NCBI GenBank assembly: GCA_964016885.1
Contig: OZ024745.1
Coordinates: 86,428,001 to 86,492,000 of the forward strand
Direction: 5' to 3'
Length of the DNA stretch: 64,000 nucleotides
Origin: Eledone cirrhosa
Lineage: Eukaryota
This document shows positions 42,801 to 57,464 of the stretch, in pieces. The stretch's first letter is position 1. The number at the start of each line of letters is the position of its first letter. Position numbers and translations under genes: made by a program. Below the pieces are notes generated by a model. The model was not told where the DNA came from. It saw nothing but the letters and a program-made list of their open reading frames with translations, and ran no database searches.

Positions 42801-45800
42801 GCAATGATTTTGCGAAGTCATCGTATTCGCACAGTTTGAAAAATCCAGTTAAAGTTGTTTCCCTTGGGGTCTGTGCCAATTCAGAGGCATTTTTGTTGGT
42901 ATAGTACATCCGTTACAATTGAAGGGTGCCTATCATGTATTGGAAAACCGAAGATTCGCCAAAAGGCCTCGCTACTACTTATGTAGCGCCCTACTTGGAA
43001 TTGCGTTACTTCGTCTCTATTGTTTTCGTTGAGTATACCGAACGAAGCAGCGTCAGAACCATTATTAACATACTTACATATGTATTTGATGCACTTGACG
43101 GAGCTGCAGAATTCAACATTAATGTGTGCGTTGAAAGTACTGAGCAGGAGTAAGCAATAGGGAATGATCCATCGTTTGTCAATCTCGCCATTCTTAACCC
43201 TTGCCGTAAAACCTCCCTCTTCACGTCTCCTACGTCTATATAATGGGTAGCCATCATTGCCAGTCTGAGTATCGCGAATAAATTGACGGGGAAATTTTTA
43301 GTGCATCTTTTATTGCCTGTAACGCAATTCTAAAGCCAGACCCACATGGACCATGCACCATATGTGCCCTAACTTTCATGTACAGGTCCTTGTCAGTGGA
43401 AGGATCGGGTAATTCTGCAGAGATGATCCTGTCAATGTCGTTAGGACTAAAGTTTTTTGTCAGCCAAATAAGAATATGAGCATGAGAGAGGCCCCTTTTT
43501 TGTCATTCGATTGTGTACATGTCACATTGAACTGGTCCGAAAACCTCATTTAATTTGATAAGATCCATAAGCTTAAGTAACTTAAGACGGAATACTCTAG
43601 CCGCGAGATTATGTCGGCGTGTGGCGTTCTGACCAGGAAGGAGTTCGCCCTCAATCTCCTTCCAATTGGGGTTACAAGTAAAAGTTATAAATAAGTCTGG
43701 CCTGCCGTAATGTCGTACAATGGTCATGGCGTCCTGAGTCCTTTCATGCATATATCGAGGGCTTCCCGTGAAGGTAGATGGCAGAATGCATACTTTTCCA
43801 AGACTCTCAGGATCCGCATCATTGTTCATTCCACCACGAAGGTGTATGTAACTGTCACAACGCAACTTTTGTTGATTGAGTTTGATAAAACACAATCTCT
43901 CAGATTCCATTTTTGCACACATGTCAGTTGCATACTGGTTGAAAAGGTCTTTAGAGCGATGGAGGTGAAACTGTTTTGGTAGAATGAACCTCTGAATTGG
44001 TAGATTTACATTGTGGAATGCCAAAATGGTATCCGTCCTCTCCATATACAAAAAGCAGCGGGTATTGGAGTGCGTCGTATGATCTGTGTGTTTCACTGAT
44101 CCGTTGAAGTCCATGGTCGAGATGCTTGATAACAATGTCACGTTTGTTGTGCTGATCACCAGCGAGAAGTATTGCAACCTCATTGAAAGAAAGTGAATTA
44201 TAGCGGCCTGCATGTTCTCCAGATGACCGCTTGTCAGCATCAATGACGACATAGTAATTGTCCACAGGAGCTGCTTCTAACGCGTATTTGAAGCTCTGAA
44301 CGTAGCTGTTATGACTATGAAGCATGTCCCGAGGTTCAAAAAGGAGCTCCAGTCTAGTGTTAGAAGCAATTGAGTATTTCCTTGTTGCTTGTGGACAGTC
44401 AATTGAGTTTTGAGTTTTTTCTTTTGGGAAGGCAAATGTATTTCGCCTTGTAGCTTGTTCAAGACAGTTGGGCATGAAGTAGGTCTGAAGAAATTGGGGC
44501 TCTTTATTATCTACAGGCTCCAGCGATGCGATAAGATGATAAACCTGACCTTGGACTTTGAAAGTGGGCATAAATCCACCTTCATACTCATAACTCGATC
44601 TAAAAGATGTCATTTGGAAGGAACAATTGTAATGTCGAATATCTTGAAGGAAATCTCTTGAGAGTGAATGGGTGCCTGTAAGAAGAAGCCTCAATGGCTG
44701 TGGTGGATCCCTAGGAGGGAGCAAGTTGACCTTACCATTAGAGCAGCACATTCCGGCTGGTTCACTCGGCCACTTTTTGGCTTTGCAAAAGTGGCAAATT
44801 TCAAACAGGCCGCCGATTTGAATATGAGGGTGTGTAGCATAATTATTAGCGGGACATAATTGAAAGCCTTCAATGACCATTGTGATTTGGCAGCCCTCGA
44901 AATACCCCGCTTATTGGGTTATACTGCCCCCCCCCCCCCCCCCCGTCGAATAGTTCGGATAGCTGCTGTCTTCGATTCTTGCGCAGTTGCAGTAGCTGCC
45001 GCGTCTCTGCTCTGACGAAGATCACGTTCAACATCATTCTCTGCAGTTCGCGCAGCTGCCGTAGCAGCCGCGTCTCTGCTTTGACGAAGATCACGTTCAA
45101 CATCATTCTCTGCAGCTCGTGCCGCTGCCGTAGCAGCCGCTTCTCTGCTCTGACGAAGTTTACGTTGAACATCGTTCTCTGCAGTTCGCGCAATGCTTTT
45201 GCCTTTGCATTTCTTGCAAGCCGAGTTTGACGTTCCTGGTTATTCACTGCAGCATGTGAGGATGCAGTTGAAGAAGCATTTCTGGTGCGTCGAAGTAAAC
45301 ACTCGTCATCATTCTCAGTTGCATGTGAAGATACAAGCAATGCTCATCGATAGACAGAGCTGTCGCATTCACTGAACACCCCACAATTTGAGGTTGTCTA
45401 ATGCTCGACGACGCCTCAGTCAGTCTCCTTCTTTTCGTTATCTGAGACCGCGTCAGTCGTAATAAGGGCATCTTCTTTTTAGGCATCAAGGTGGCGAGCA
45501 CGATATGACAAAGGAATCTGACAAATGTATCTTAAATATAAAACAATGCGAAAAAATAAATTTTGCGAATCATTCAATTTTGCAAATCAATTAGTCTAAT
45601 GAGAAATGCACCCCAAATCCTAGAAAATGTCATAGTTGCATTATTTACAAAGTCATCTTTACATGAACATGCAGTGTAACCAATAATGTTGGCACTGCCG
45701 TTCTTTAACTTTGTTATAATTCAGTGATAACAGTGATTCAAAGGAAATTTAAACTTTTTAGAGAAATCAAAATTGCACATAAGGCATAACATCTATCACA

Positions 45801-46886
45801 TAAGGCATAACATATATCAATAAAATCAGTTATGGTAATCAGGAGTTACTTGAAGCCGAACATTAAAAACATGGCAGCTTAAAAAATTGCTCGATTTCTT
45901 TTTATGTAACTTTTTATCAGATTTTGAGTGCATTTCTTAACCGATTATAATTTTACTGAAGAAATGGATGCGAAATAGTTACGGCTACGGTAAAAAATGT
46001 CTAAGTGTGAAAATCACTTGCATGGATACTGAGCTGATTAAAGAGCCAGTAAGGGTTTTTAGGTCGCCCTGTATGTCGAGCCGAAATGCACAAAAATGGG
46101 GCATGGTGGAAATAATCTGACTCCTTATTTGGATTGAAATTACTCAGATTGACTTGAATTTGCTATTTTAGTTTGAGCAAAACTTTTGTGCTGGCTAATA
46201 GTAATTAACTGCATACCTAATTTTGTCCCCCCCCCACTATATAGATGAATCCTAAAACAAACAATCCGTCCATATTTCCTTCAAAATTAATTTAAGTAGA
46301 AGGCGCCAACGCCAGAGCAAAATCAAACAACAATTGAAAATTGAAAATAATCCAAACGTTTAATAGGGAAGGTTTAACTTACCAATTAATGAGGTCGCTG
46401 GCTTTTTAACGCTTTGTAGCATACAAAGGTAGTACAGTGCAAATGAAGCTATTAAACAAATCGAACCAACAATTGAAATTCAATTTGAATGACATCTACT
46501 TATACTAACAAGAATCGAAATGTCTAATCGTCTGCAAGTTGTGAAAATTTGTTATCGTCTGCGCGTTCCATAGAAGGGATATAAAATAACTCGTCTCTCA
46601 TCTCTATTTATACATTTGAACTGAAAAATCAATACATTACAAATTCGATTTTTGCATTTGGCGAGGGTCGATTTGAACATTTTTTGACCGATGTCTCCGC
46701 CGGACCTTCATCTATAAGTGTAGCAATTTCACCGAAATTGGAACGTACGGTTTAGGAGGAGATGTGTGCCGACCGTTTTAGTAGAGACAGACAGGCAGAC
46801 ATACATACATACAGACAGACAGACAGACATACAGACAGACAGACAGACATAAGACAGACAGACAGACTCAGTTTTATATATATAGA
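39822..46886 (-). mobile_element. Full-length, decayed Helitron (Rep/Pif1 helicase pseudogene ~40790-45490)
   Basis: 5' A|TCTATATATATAAAA...(CTGT)n at 46886; 3' gagcaacgccgg...CTAA|T at 39822; fragments CCSNGKV, YGRPDLFITFTCNPNW, RGLSHAHILIWL, GGRTAHSTFKL, QFPLRTAFAMSTNKSQGQ; many frameshifts. Confidence 0.92.
44980..45335 (-). repeat. 69-bp coding tandem repeat in the Helitron N-terminal region
   Basis: ctctgctytgacgaagatcacgttcaacatcattctctgcag recurs every 69 bp (3 clear units plus degenerate ones). Confidence 0.8.
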
Positions 46887-48249
46887 TAATTGTTTCTACT
46901 TTTGGCACAAAGCCAGCAATTATCTCAGTGTATTACTGGTACTTTATTTTATCGACCCCGTAAGGATGAAAGGCAAAGTTAACCTCGGCGGGATTTGAAC
47001 TCAGACCATAAAGGGTGGTAACTCTTAACTGCAAAGCATGTCGTCAGACCCTCTACCGATACTGCCAATCTACCGCCCTCCATGATAGTTATAATGACGG
47101 GATACTAGCTATAGAATAGCTAAACATAAACAAACACTTCATAAAACAACGAACAAAATGTATTACGTACTTGGACTTGTAACAACTTCCTAAACCAACA
47201 CTAACAATATACTATAAAAAACACTGAAATTAGACAATTCAAATCATGCAAACCCGTGGACAAGCAAATAATTTCCAGTGTGATATATTAATTCGTTTGT
47301 AAACTTGAAAGATGTAGACTTCGTGGCTCCAACTCTAATATTTGGCATTAAAGTTGCATTATCTCGCTCCCTGGTTTACTATGTGCTACAAAGACAGAGC
47401 AATTGTAATGCGTCAAAGAACATTCAAGACACAAATCAAAACGAGAAGGAAAGGATTAGAGGAAATAACCAATACTTTACAGAATTTCCCACAAAACGTA
47501 GGCAATTAAAGACTGAAGAAATACTTACAGCAATATAATATTAAAATAAATATATACATATATAAATAACAAACACTAGTTGCAAACAAAAATAGACACG
47601 TGACTCAGGATGTATAAATCTGACGGTGATAAATTCCCATTTCGGAGGTAATACCCAATAACATTTAGTCGATAGTAATTAAGATCAACATCACAACATC
47701 CATCATAAGAGAGACTGAATGTCTAGTAATGTTGAGGAGGGATTTATATTGGTACAAACATAAAATGTAAACAGATAGACTCATAATCCACCTTCCCACC
47801 TACGACACATTGTTGTTTATTCGTCACTGAATATTTTATCCGAAATATTAGAAACTATTAAATATTTCCCAAGTAACATTCCAATTTCGTTGTTCTTTTT
47901 TACTTTTCATTATTTCCTTCTTTATTATGGTGGTGGATTGGCAGTAATCAGTAGAGCGTCGGATAACATGCTTTGCAGCATAGAGTTCCACTCCTTTACG
48001 TTCTGCGTTCAAATCCCGCCAAGATCAACTTTGCCTTTCATCATTACGAGGTAGATAAAATAAAGTACCAGTAATGGACTGGGCTTGATTTAATCGACTT
48101 TCCCCTCCCTCAAATTGCTGGCTTTGTGCCTATAAAGAAATCATTTTCTTCTTTATTCCAGTATTGTTACAATAATATTTATAAGTCTATTTACATTGTA
48201 ACAACTGCCGCAAATGAACTAATTTTTTATATATCAAGCAAATTTACAT

Positions 48250-48630
<381 letters not shown>

Positions 48631-49078
48631 TATATATTGTTATACTTTGGGAGGGTCATGCTGCCAAAATATAACAATATCTGTTTCAACATACGTTTTT
48701 GGTATGTTGAAACAATTATTGTTATATTTGGGGAGTGTCATATTGTTATAATATTGCCAGAAATAATAATAAAACACACTCACTGTTTGGTTTGGATTAG
48801 CTTTCGCTTCAGTGTATTTTATATCTCTATAGTTAATTTAGCTAGCAATCAACGTTTATCATTGATTAACCAACGGTTAAAATGTAGATAGAAATATATA
48901 TATATATATACTCTAACAAAGTTATTTCATCACACACCTGTGACATCATCAGTGGTATTATTATGTAGTCTTATTATGTTGTGATATAAAATACACAGAA
49001 GCGAAATCCAGTCCAAAGCAAACAGTGAGTGTGTTTTATTATTTCTGGCAATATAAAAATGTGACCCTCTCCAAATAT

Positions 49079-49142
<64 letters not shown>

Positions 49143-49148
<6 letters not shown>

Positions 49149-50209
49149 GATATTAAATAAATGGAAACTATATTTATTTCATTATACATATTTCTGGGAT
49201 ACCAAATTAAAATATGGTATGCCTTCATCAGACAAAATACAATATATAAACAGTTTTATAAATAATTTTGACGTACCCTATTAAATGCAACCATTATTTT
49301 TGGAAGCTGTCTGGATAGTGAGATGTTTATAATTATTTTATTAGTTATAGTGTTAAGCACAGTTAGAAAAAGACGGAGAGAAAGAAAAAACGGAGAGAGA
49401 GAAGGAGAAAGAAAGAGAAGGAGAGAGAGAAAAAGAAAACCTGGAGAAATATCGGAGAGAGAGAGAAATGTATGTAGAAAAGAAAGATATAAATAGATAG
49501 AGGAAATAAAAAAGAAAGAAAAATAACTCAGATTTTGGTATATTAACCTCAAGTTTTTAAACTAAACATATGGTCATTATTGAACAATGTTATTTTCTCA
49601 TATTATATATCTATGTCCCATTCATGAATATTGATATTTATATTTTTATTATTCATTTCATATAAATTGTTAACTCAACTTAATATGACATGACGTAAAG
49701 TTGTCGCTATATCCCCCTCTCTCTATATAGTATTTCCTCTCTCTTAAGTTTTTCTATCTGTATGATGAATTATTATATCTCTGTTGCTTTCTTTTGTTTT
49801 TCTTATTTCTTCCTTTTTTTTTCTTTCTTTTTTATTTCCTCCTATCTATTTATATCTTTCTTTTCTACATACATTTCTCTCTCCGATATTTCTCCAGGTT
49901 TTCTTTTTCTCTCTCTCCTTCTCTTTCTTTCTCCTTCTCTCTCTCCGTTTTTTCTTTCTCTCCGTCTTTTTCTAACTGTGCTTAACACTATAACTAATAA
50001 AATAATTATAAACATCTCACTATCCAGACAGCTTCCAAAAATAATGGTTGCATTTAATAGGGTACGTCAAAATTATTTATAAAACTGTTTATATATTGTA
50101 TTTTGTCTGATGAAGGCATATCATATTTTAATTTGGTATAGCTGAAATATGTGTAATGAAATAAATATGGTTTTATAAATATAGTTTCCATTTATTTAAT
50201 ATCGTATAT
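49143..50209. repeat. Inverted duplication (49143-49523 vs 49818-50209), probable Penelope-type pLTR pair with degenerate hammerhead cores
   Basis: ~380-bp arms nearly identical in reverse complement; each has CTGATGA-stem-GAAA (50107-50147 +, 49191-49231 -). Confidence 0.7.
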
Positions 50210-50305
50210 CTACTCCAAAAACTTGTCGAGTGCTTTATATCGGTTATAAAATATTTACTTGTTGTATCCCAACAATTTTAAATAGAACTTTTGCAGATAT
50301 ATATA

Positions 50306-50385
<80 letters not shown>

Positions 50386-51097
50386 TACATAAAAGTATGT
50401 ATACGTACATACATATATGTATACAGACGTACAGTAGTATGCATATATATATACATATATACATACATGCACACATATATATATATGTACGTATGGATTC
50501 ACCGAATATTTATTATAATGCTCTGTGTGTTTGTAAACAAACATCCCGAATTAAGCCGTACAGTGTCTAGCAACCATCGTTGCTCATTTGTTCAACACTG
50601 ACAAAGGAACGCTGTACTAGTTTCAAGCTTATTAGGTATCGTCAGCAACGTATACCTTCCTGCCAGATGGTTGAACGTCTGAAAGTATATATTTTCCTTG
50701 TGCATATTAACGGCTGAGCAGCCTAATTTGCATATCAAGTGAGTTAATCGGCCGGGTTACCGAAAACGATAAACGGAAAAAATGAAACGAAATTTCATTT
50801 CTCACTCTTAGTACGGCTGACAAAGGAACGCTGTACTAGTTTCAAGCTTATTAGCTATCATCAGCAACGTATACCTTCCTGCAAGTTGGTTGAACGTATG
50901 AAAGTATATACTTTCCTTATGCATATTAACGGCTAGGCAGCCTAATTTGCAAATCGAGTGAGTTAATCGACCTCAGTACCGAAAACGATAAACGGAAAAA
51001 ATGAAACGAAATTTCATTTCTCACTCTTAGTACGGCTGTTATTTAAATATAAGTATGTATACGTACATACATATATGTATAAAGACGTACAGTAGTA

Positions 51098-51253
<156 letters not shown>

Positions 51254-51676
51254 CATATATACATACATGCACACATATATATATGTACGTATGTATTCAC
51301 CGAACATTTATTATAATGCTCGGTGTGTTTGTAAATAAACATCCCGAAATAAGCCGTACAGTGTCTTGCAACCATCGTTGCTCATTTGTTCAACACTGAC
51401 AAAGGAACGCTGTAATAGTTTCAAGCTTATTAGCTATCGTCAGCAACGTATGCCTTCCTGCAAGTTGGTTGAACGTCTGAAAGTATATACTTTCCTTATG
51501 CATATTAACGGCTAAGCAGCCTAATTTGCAAATCGAGTGAGTTAATCGACCTCAGTACCGAAAACGATAAACGGAAAAAATGAAACGAAATTTCATTTCT
51601 CACTCTTAGTACGGCTGTTATTTAAATATAAGTATGTATACGTACATACATATATGTATAAAGACGTACAGTAGTA

Positions 51677-51712
<36 letters not shown>

Positions 51713-52123
51713 CATGCACACATATATATATGTACGTATGTATTCACCGAACATTAATTATAATACTCGGTGTGTTTGTAAATAAACATCCCGCATTAAG
51801 CCGTACAGTGTCTTGCAACCATCGTTGCTCATTTGTTCAACACTGACAAAGGAACGCTGTAATAGTTTCAAGCTTATTAGCTATCGTCAGCAACGTATAC
51901 CTTCCTGCCAGATGGTTGAACGTCTGAAAGTATATACTTTCCTTATGCATATTTACGGCTGAGCAGCCTAATTTGCATATCGAGTGACTTGATCGGCAGG
52001 GGTAGCGAAATCGATGAACGGAAAAAGTGAAACGAAATTACATTTCTCATTCTTAGTAATGCTGTTATTTAAATATAAGTATGTATACGTACTTACATAT
52101 TTGTATACAGACGTACAATCGTA

Positions 52124-52232
<109 letters not shown>

Positions 52233-54196
52233 TTATATATATACATATATACATACATGCACACATATATATCTCTACGTATGGATTCACCAAACATTTA
52301 TTATAATGCTCGATGTGTTTGTAAACAAACTTGCCAAATTAAGCCGTACAGAGTCTAGCAACCATCGTTGCTCATTTGTTCAACACTGACAAAGGAACGC
52401 TGTACTAGTTTCAAGCTATCGTCAGTAACGTATACCTTATTGCCAGATGGTTGAACGTCTGAAAGTATGTATTTTCTTTATGTATATTAAGGGCTGAGCA
52501 GCCTTATTGGGCATATCGAGTGAGTACATATATATATATGTACGTATGGATTCACCGAACATTTATTATAATGCTCGTTGTGTTTGTAAACAAACATGCC
52601 AAATTAAGCTGTACATTGTCTAGCAACCATCGTTGCTCATTTGTTCAACACTGACAAAGGAACGCTGTACTAGTTTCAAGCTTGTTAGCTATCGTCATCA
52701 ACGTATACCTTCCTGCCAGATAGTTAAACGTCTGAAAGTATGTACTTTCTTTATGCATATTAAGGGCTGAGCAGCCTTATTGGGTATATCGAGTGAGTTA
52801 ATCAGCCGGGGTACCGAAAACGATAAAAGGAAAAAGGAAATGAAATTTGATTTCTCACTCTTAGTACGGCTGTTACTTAAACATGTATACATACATAGAT
52901 ATATGTATACAGACGTACTGTAGTATGCATATATATATATATATATGCATATATATATGTTCCTGTGTCAGTGTTGAACAAAAAGGTGACGTGGTTGCCT
53001 TAACACCGTATGGCATAAATTCAGGCTGTTCAGTTTGTTTACAAACGAACAAAGCGACGTTATAATAAGCGCCGCTAAACTGATACGTGCATATATGTAT
53101 GTGTACCTGTATGCATATGTATGTATATATGTATATATATATATATATGTGCATGCTACTGTACGTCTGTATACATATATGTATGTACGTATACATGCAT
53201 ACTTACATTTAAGTAAGTGCCATACTAAGAGTGAGAAATGAAATTTCGTTTTCATTTTTTTCAATTTATCTTTTTCGGTATGCCTGACCGATTTAACTCA
53301 CTCAATATGCAAATTAGGCTGCTCAGCCGTTAATTTTCATAAGGAAAGTATATACTTTCGAACGTTCAACTATCTGGCAGATGGGTAAACGGTGCTGATG
53401 ATAGCTAACAAGCTTGAAACTAGTACATCGTTCCTGTGTCAGTGTTGAACAAAAAGGTGACGTGGTTGCCTTAACACCGTATGGCATAAATTCAGGCTGT
53501 TCAGTTTGTTTACAAACGAACAAAGCGACGTTATAATAAGCGCCGCTAAACTGATACGTGCATATATGTATGTGTACCTGTATGCATATGTATGTATGTA
53601 TGTATGTATGTATATATATATATATATATGTGCATGCTACTGTACGTCTGTATACATATATGTATGTACGTATACATGCATACTTACATTTAAGTAAGTG
53701 CCATACTAAGAGTGAGAAATGAAATTTCGTTTTCATTTTGTTTCAATTTATATATATATATATATATACATATATACATACATGCACACATATATATATA
53801 TGTACGTCTGGATTCACCGAACATTTATTATAATGCTCGTTGTGTTTGTCAACAAACATGCCAAATTAAGCCGTATTGTGTCTAGCAACCATCGTTGCTC
53901 ATTTGTTCAAAACTGACAAAGGAACTCTGTACTAGTTTCAAGCTTATTAGCTATCGTCAGCAACGTATACCTTCCTGCCAGATGGTTGAACGTATGAACG
54001 TATATACTTTCCTTACGCATATTAACGGCTGAGCAGCCTAATTTGCATATCGAGTGAGTTAATCGGCCGGGATACCGAAAACGATAAACGGTATAAATGA
54101 AACGAAATATCATTTCTCACCCTTAATACGGCTGTAACTTAAATATAAGTATTTATACGTACATACATATATGTATACGGACGTACAGTATTATGC

Positions 54197-54289
<93 letters not shown>

Positions 54290-54704
54290 TACATACATGC
54301 ACACATATATATATGTACGTATGGATTCACCGAACATTTATTATAATGGTCAGTGTGTTTGTAAACAAACATCCCGAATTAAGCCGTACAGTGTCTAGCA
54401 ACCATCGTTGCTCATTTGTTCAACACTGACAAAGGTACGCTGTACTAGTTTCAAGCTTGTTAGCCATCGTAAGCAACGTATACCTTCCTGCCAGATGGTT
54501 GAAAGTCTGAAAGTATATACTTTCCTTATGCATATTAAGGGCTGAGCAGCCTTATTGGGCATATCGAATGAGTTAATTGGCCGAGGTACCGAAAACGATA
54601 AAAGGAAGATGAATGAAATTTGATTTCTCACTCTTAGTACGGCTGTTACTTAAATATAAGTATGTATACATACATACATATATGTATACAGACGTACTGT
54701 AGTA

Positions 54705-54779
<75 letters not shown>

Positions 54780-55196
54780 TTATACATACATGCACACATA
54801 TATATGTACGTATGGATTCACCGAACATTTATTATAATGCTCGGTGTGTTTGTAAACAAACATCCCGAATTAAGCAGTACAGTGTCTAGCAACCATCGTT
54901 GTTCATTTGTACAACACTGACAAAGGAACGCTGTACTAGTTCAGGCTTAATAGCTATCGTCAGCAACGTATACCTTCCTGCCAGATGGTTGAACGTCTGA
55001 AAGTATATACTTTCCTTATGCATATTAACGGCTGAGCAGCCTAATTTGCATGTCGAGTGAGTTAATGGGCCGGGTTACCGAAAACGATAAACGGAGAAAA
55101 TGAAACGAGATTTCATTTCTCACTCTTAGTAAAGCGATTACTTAAATATAAGTATGTATACGTGAATACATATATGTATACAGACGTACTGTAGTA

Positions 55197-55310
<114 letters not shown>

Positions 55311-55673
55311 TACATATATGCACGCATATATATATATATGTACGTCTGGATTCACCGAACATTTATTATAATGCTCGGTGAATCCATACGTACATTTATA
55401 TATGTGTGCATATATCTATATAAGTATATATATATATATATATGCATACTATTGTAAGTCTGTATACATATATGTATGTACGTATACATACTTATATTTA
55501 AGTAACAGCCGTACTAAGAGTGAGAAATGAAATTTCGTTTGATTTTTTCCGTTTATCGTTTTCGGTACCCCGGCCGATTAACTCACTCGATATGCAAATT
55601 AGGCTGCTCAGCCGTTAATATGCATAAGGAAAGTATATACTTTCAGACGTTCAACCAGCTAGCAGTAATGTAT

Positions 55674-55716
55674 ACGTTGCTGACGATAGCTAATAAGCTT
55701 GAAACTAGTACAGCGT
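55674..55716 (+). ncRNA. Type I hammerhead ribozyme, family A (representative intact copy)
   Basis: acgttg-CTGACGA-tagct-aata-agctt-GAAA-cta-GTA-cagcgt: stem I acguug/cagcgu, stem II AGCU/AGCU, palindromic stem III ACUAGU, GUA cleavage triplet. Confidence 0.8.
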
Positions 55717-55872
55717 TCTTTGTCAGTGTTGAACAAATGAGCAACGATGGTTGCTAGACATTGTACGGCTTAATTCGGGATGTTTGTTTACAAACACACC
55801 GAGTATTATAATAAAATTTCGGTGAATCCATACGTATATATATATAAGTGTGCATGTATGTATATATATATG

Positions 55873-55954
<82 letters not shown>

Positions 55955-55964
55955 ATATATATAC

Positions 55965-57464
55965 ATTATGAAGAGAGAAGAAACATTTAGATATAATTAG
56001 TAATAAAATGTATCATACCTAAACTGTTCCTAAATTCCTCGACTACGTAGTTTCGTGGCATAAACAAAAACAATATATCAAAGATATAGAGTCCTTGCGA
56101 GGTCTGCCGACTTATCAAGAGGATACCTCATTTTACTAGTCTCAAGAACGCGTCTACACGACGTGAGAAAGAATCCCAAAAGGCGGAGGGGGAGATAGTC
56201 ACGCGATATAACGGTCGAGAAACAGAGCTAAGCCTCTTATAACCACGAAGAAAATACCACGGAGGCGGAGGGGGTATTCATATCGAGGCCGTAGAAGAGG
56301 TAGTGAAGAAGGCGAGAAGTATGAGTAATGGAAGCTTTCCAGTTGTCCCCACACTTCAAAGATTGCTCGACCAGAGGGAGTTATTAATATATTAAGAAAC
56401 ACACAGATACATGCGGACACACACATATATACATGAATGCATCCGCACCCAACTGTGAGTTAAGGGTGCCAACTTCACCGATGTTGCTCAATGAATGACT
56501 GGGATTCTTTCTCACGTCGTGTAGACGCGTTCTTGAGACTAGTAAAATGAGGTATCCTCTTGATAAGTCGGCAGACCTCGCAAGGACTCTATATCTTTGA
56601 TATATTGTTTTTGTTTATGCCACGAAACTACGTAGTCGAAGAATTTAGGAACAGTTTAGGTATGATACATTTTATTACTAATTATATCTAAATGTTTCTT
56701 CTCTCATCATAATGTATTTTTAACTCTGATACTGGTTCAGTCTGGTTCAAACTGAATTGGTCTGTCCCAGTCATTCAGTGAGCAACATCGGTGAAGTTGG
56801 CACCCTTAACTCACAGTTGGGTGCGGATGTATTCATGTATATATGTGTGTGTCCGCATGTATCTGTGTGTTTCTTAATATATTAATAACTCCCTCTGGTC
56901 GAGCAATCTTTGAAGTGTGGGGACAATTGGAAAGCTTCCATTACTCATACTTCTCGCCTTCTTCACTACCTCTTCTACGGCCTCGATATGAATACCCCTT
57001 CCGCCTCCGTGGTATTTTCTTCGTGGTTATAAGAGGCTTAGCTCTGTTTCTCGACCGTTATATCGCGTGACTATCTCCCCCTCCGCCTTTTGGGATTCTT
57101 TCTCACGTCGTGTAGACGCGTTCTTGAGACTAGTAAAATGAGGTATCCCCTTGATAAGTCGGCAGACCTCGCAAGGACTCTATATCTTTGATATATTGTT
57201 TTTGTTTATGCCACGAAACTACGTAGTCGAGGAATTTAGGAACAGTTTAGGTATGATACATTTTATTACTAATTATATCTAAATGTTTCTTCTCTCTTCA
57301 TAATGTATTTTTAACTCTGATACTGGTTCAGTCTGGTTCAAACTGAATTGGTCTGTCCCAGTTATTCATTGAGCAACATCGGTGAAGTTGGCACCCTTAA
57401 CTCACAGTTGGGTGCGGATGCATTCATGTATATATGTGTGTGTCCGCATGTATCTGGGTGTTTC

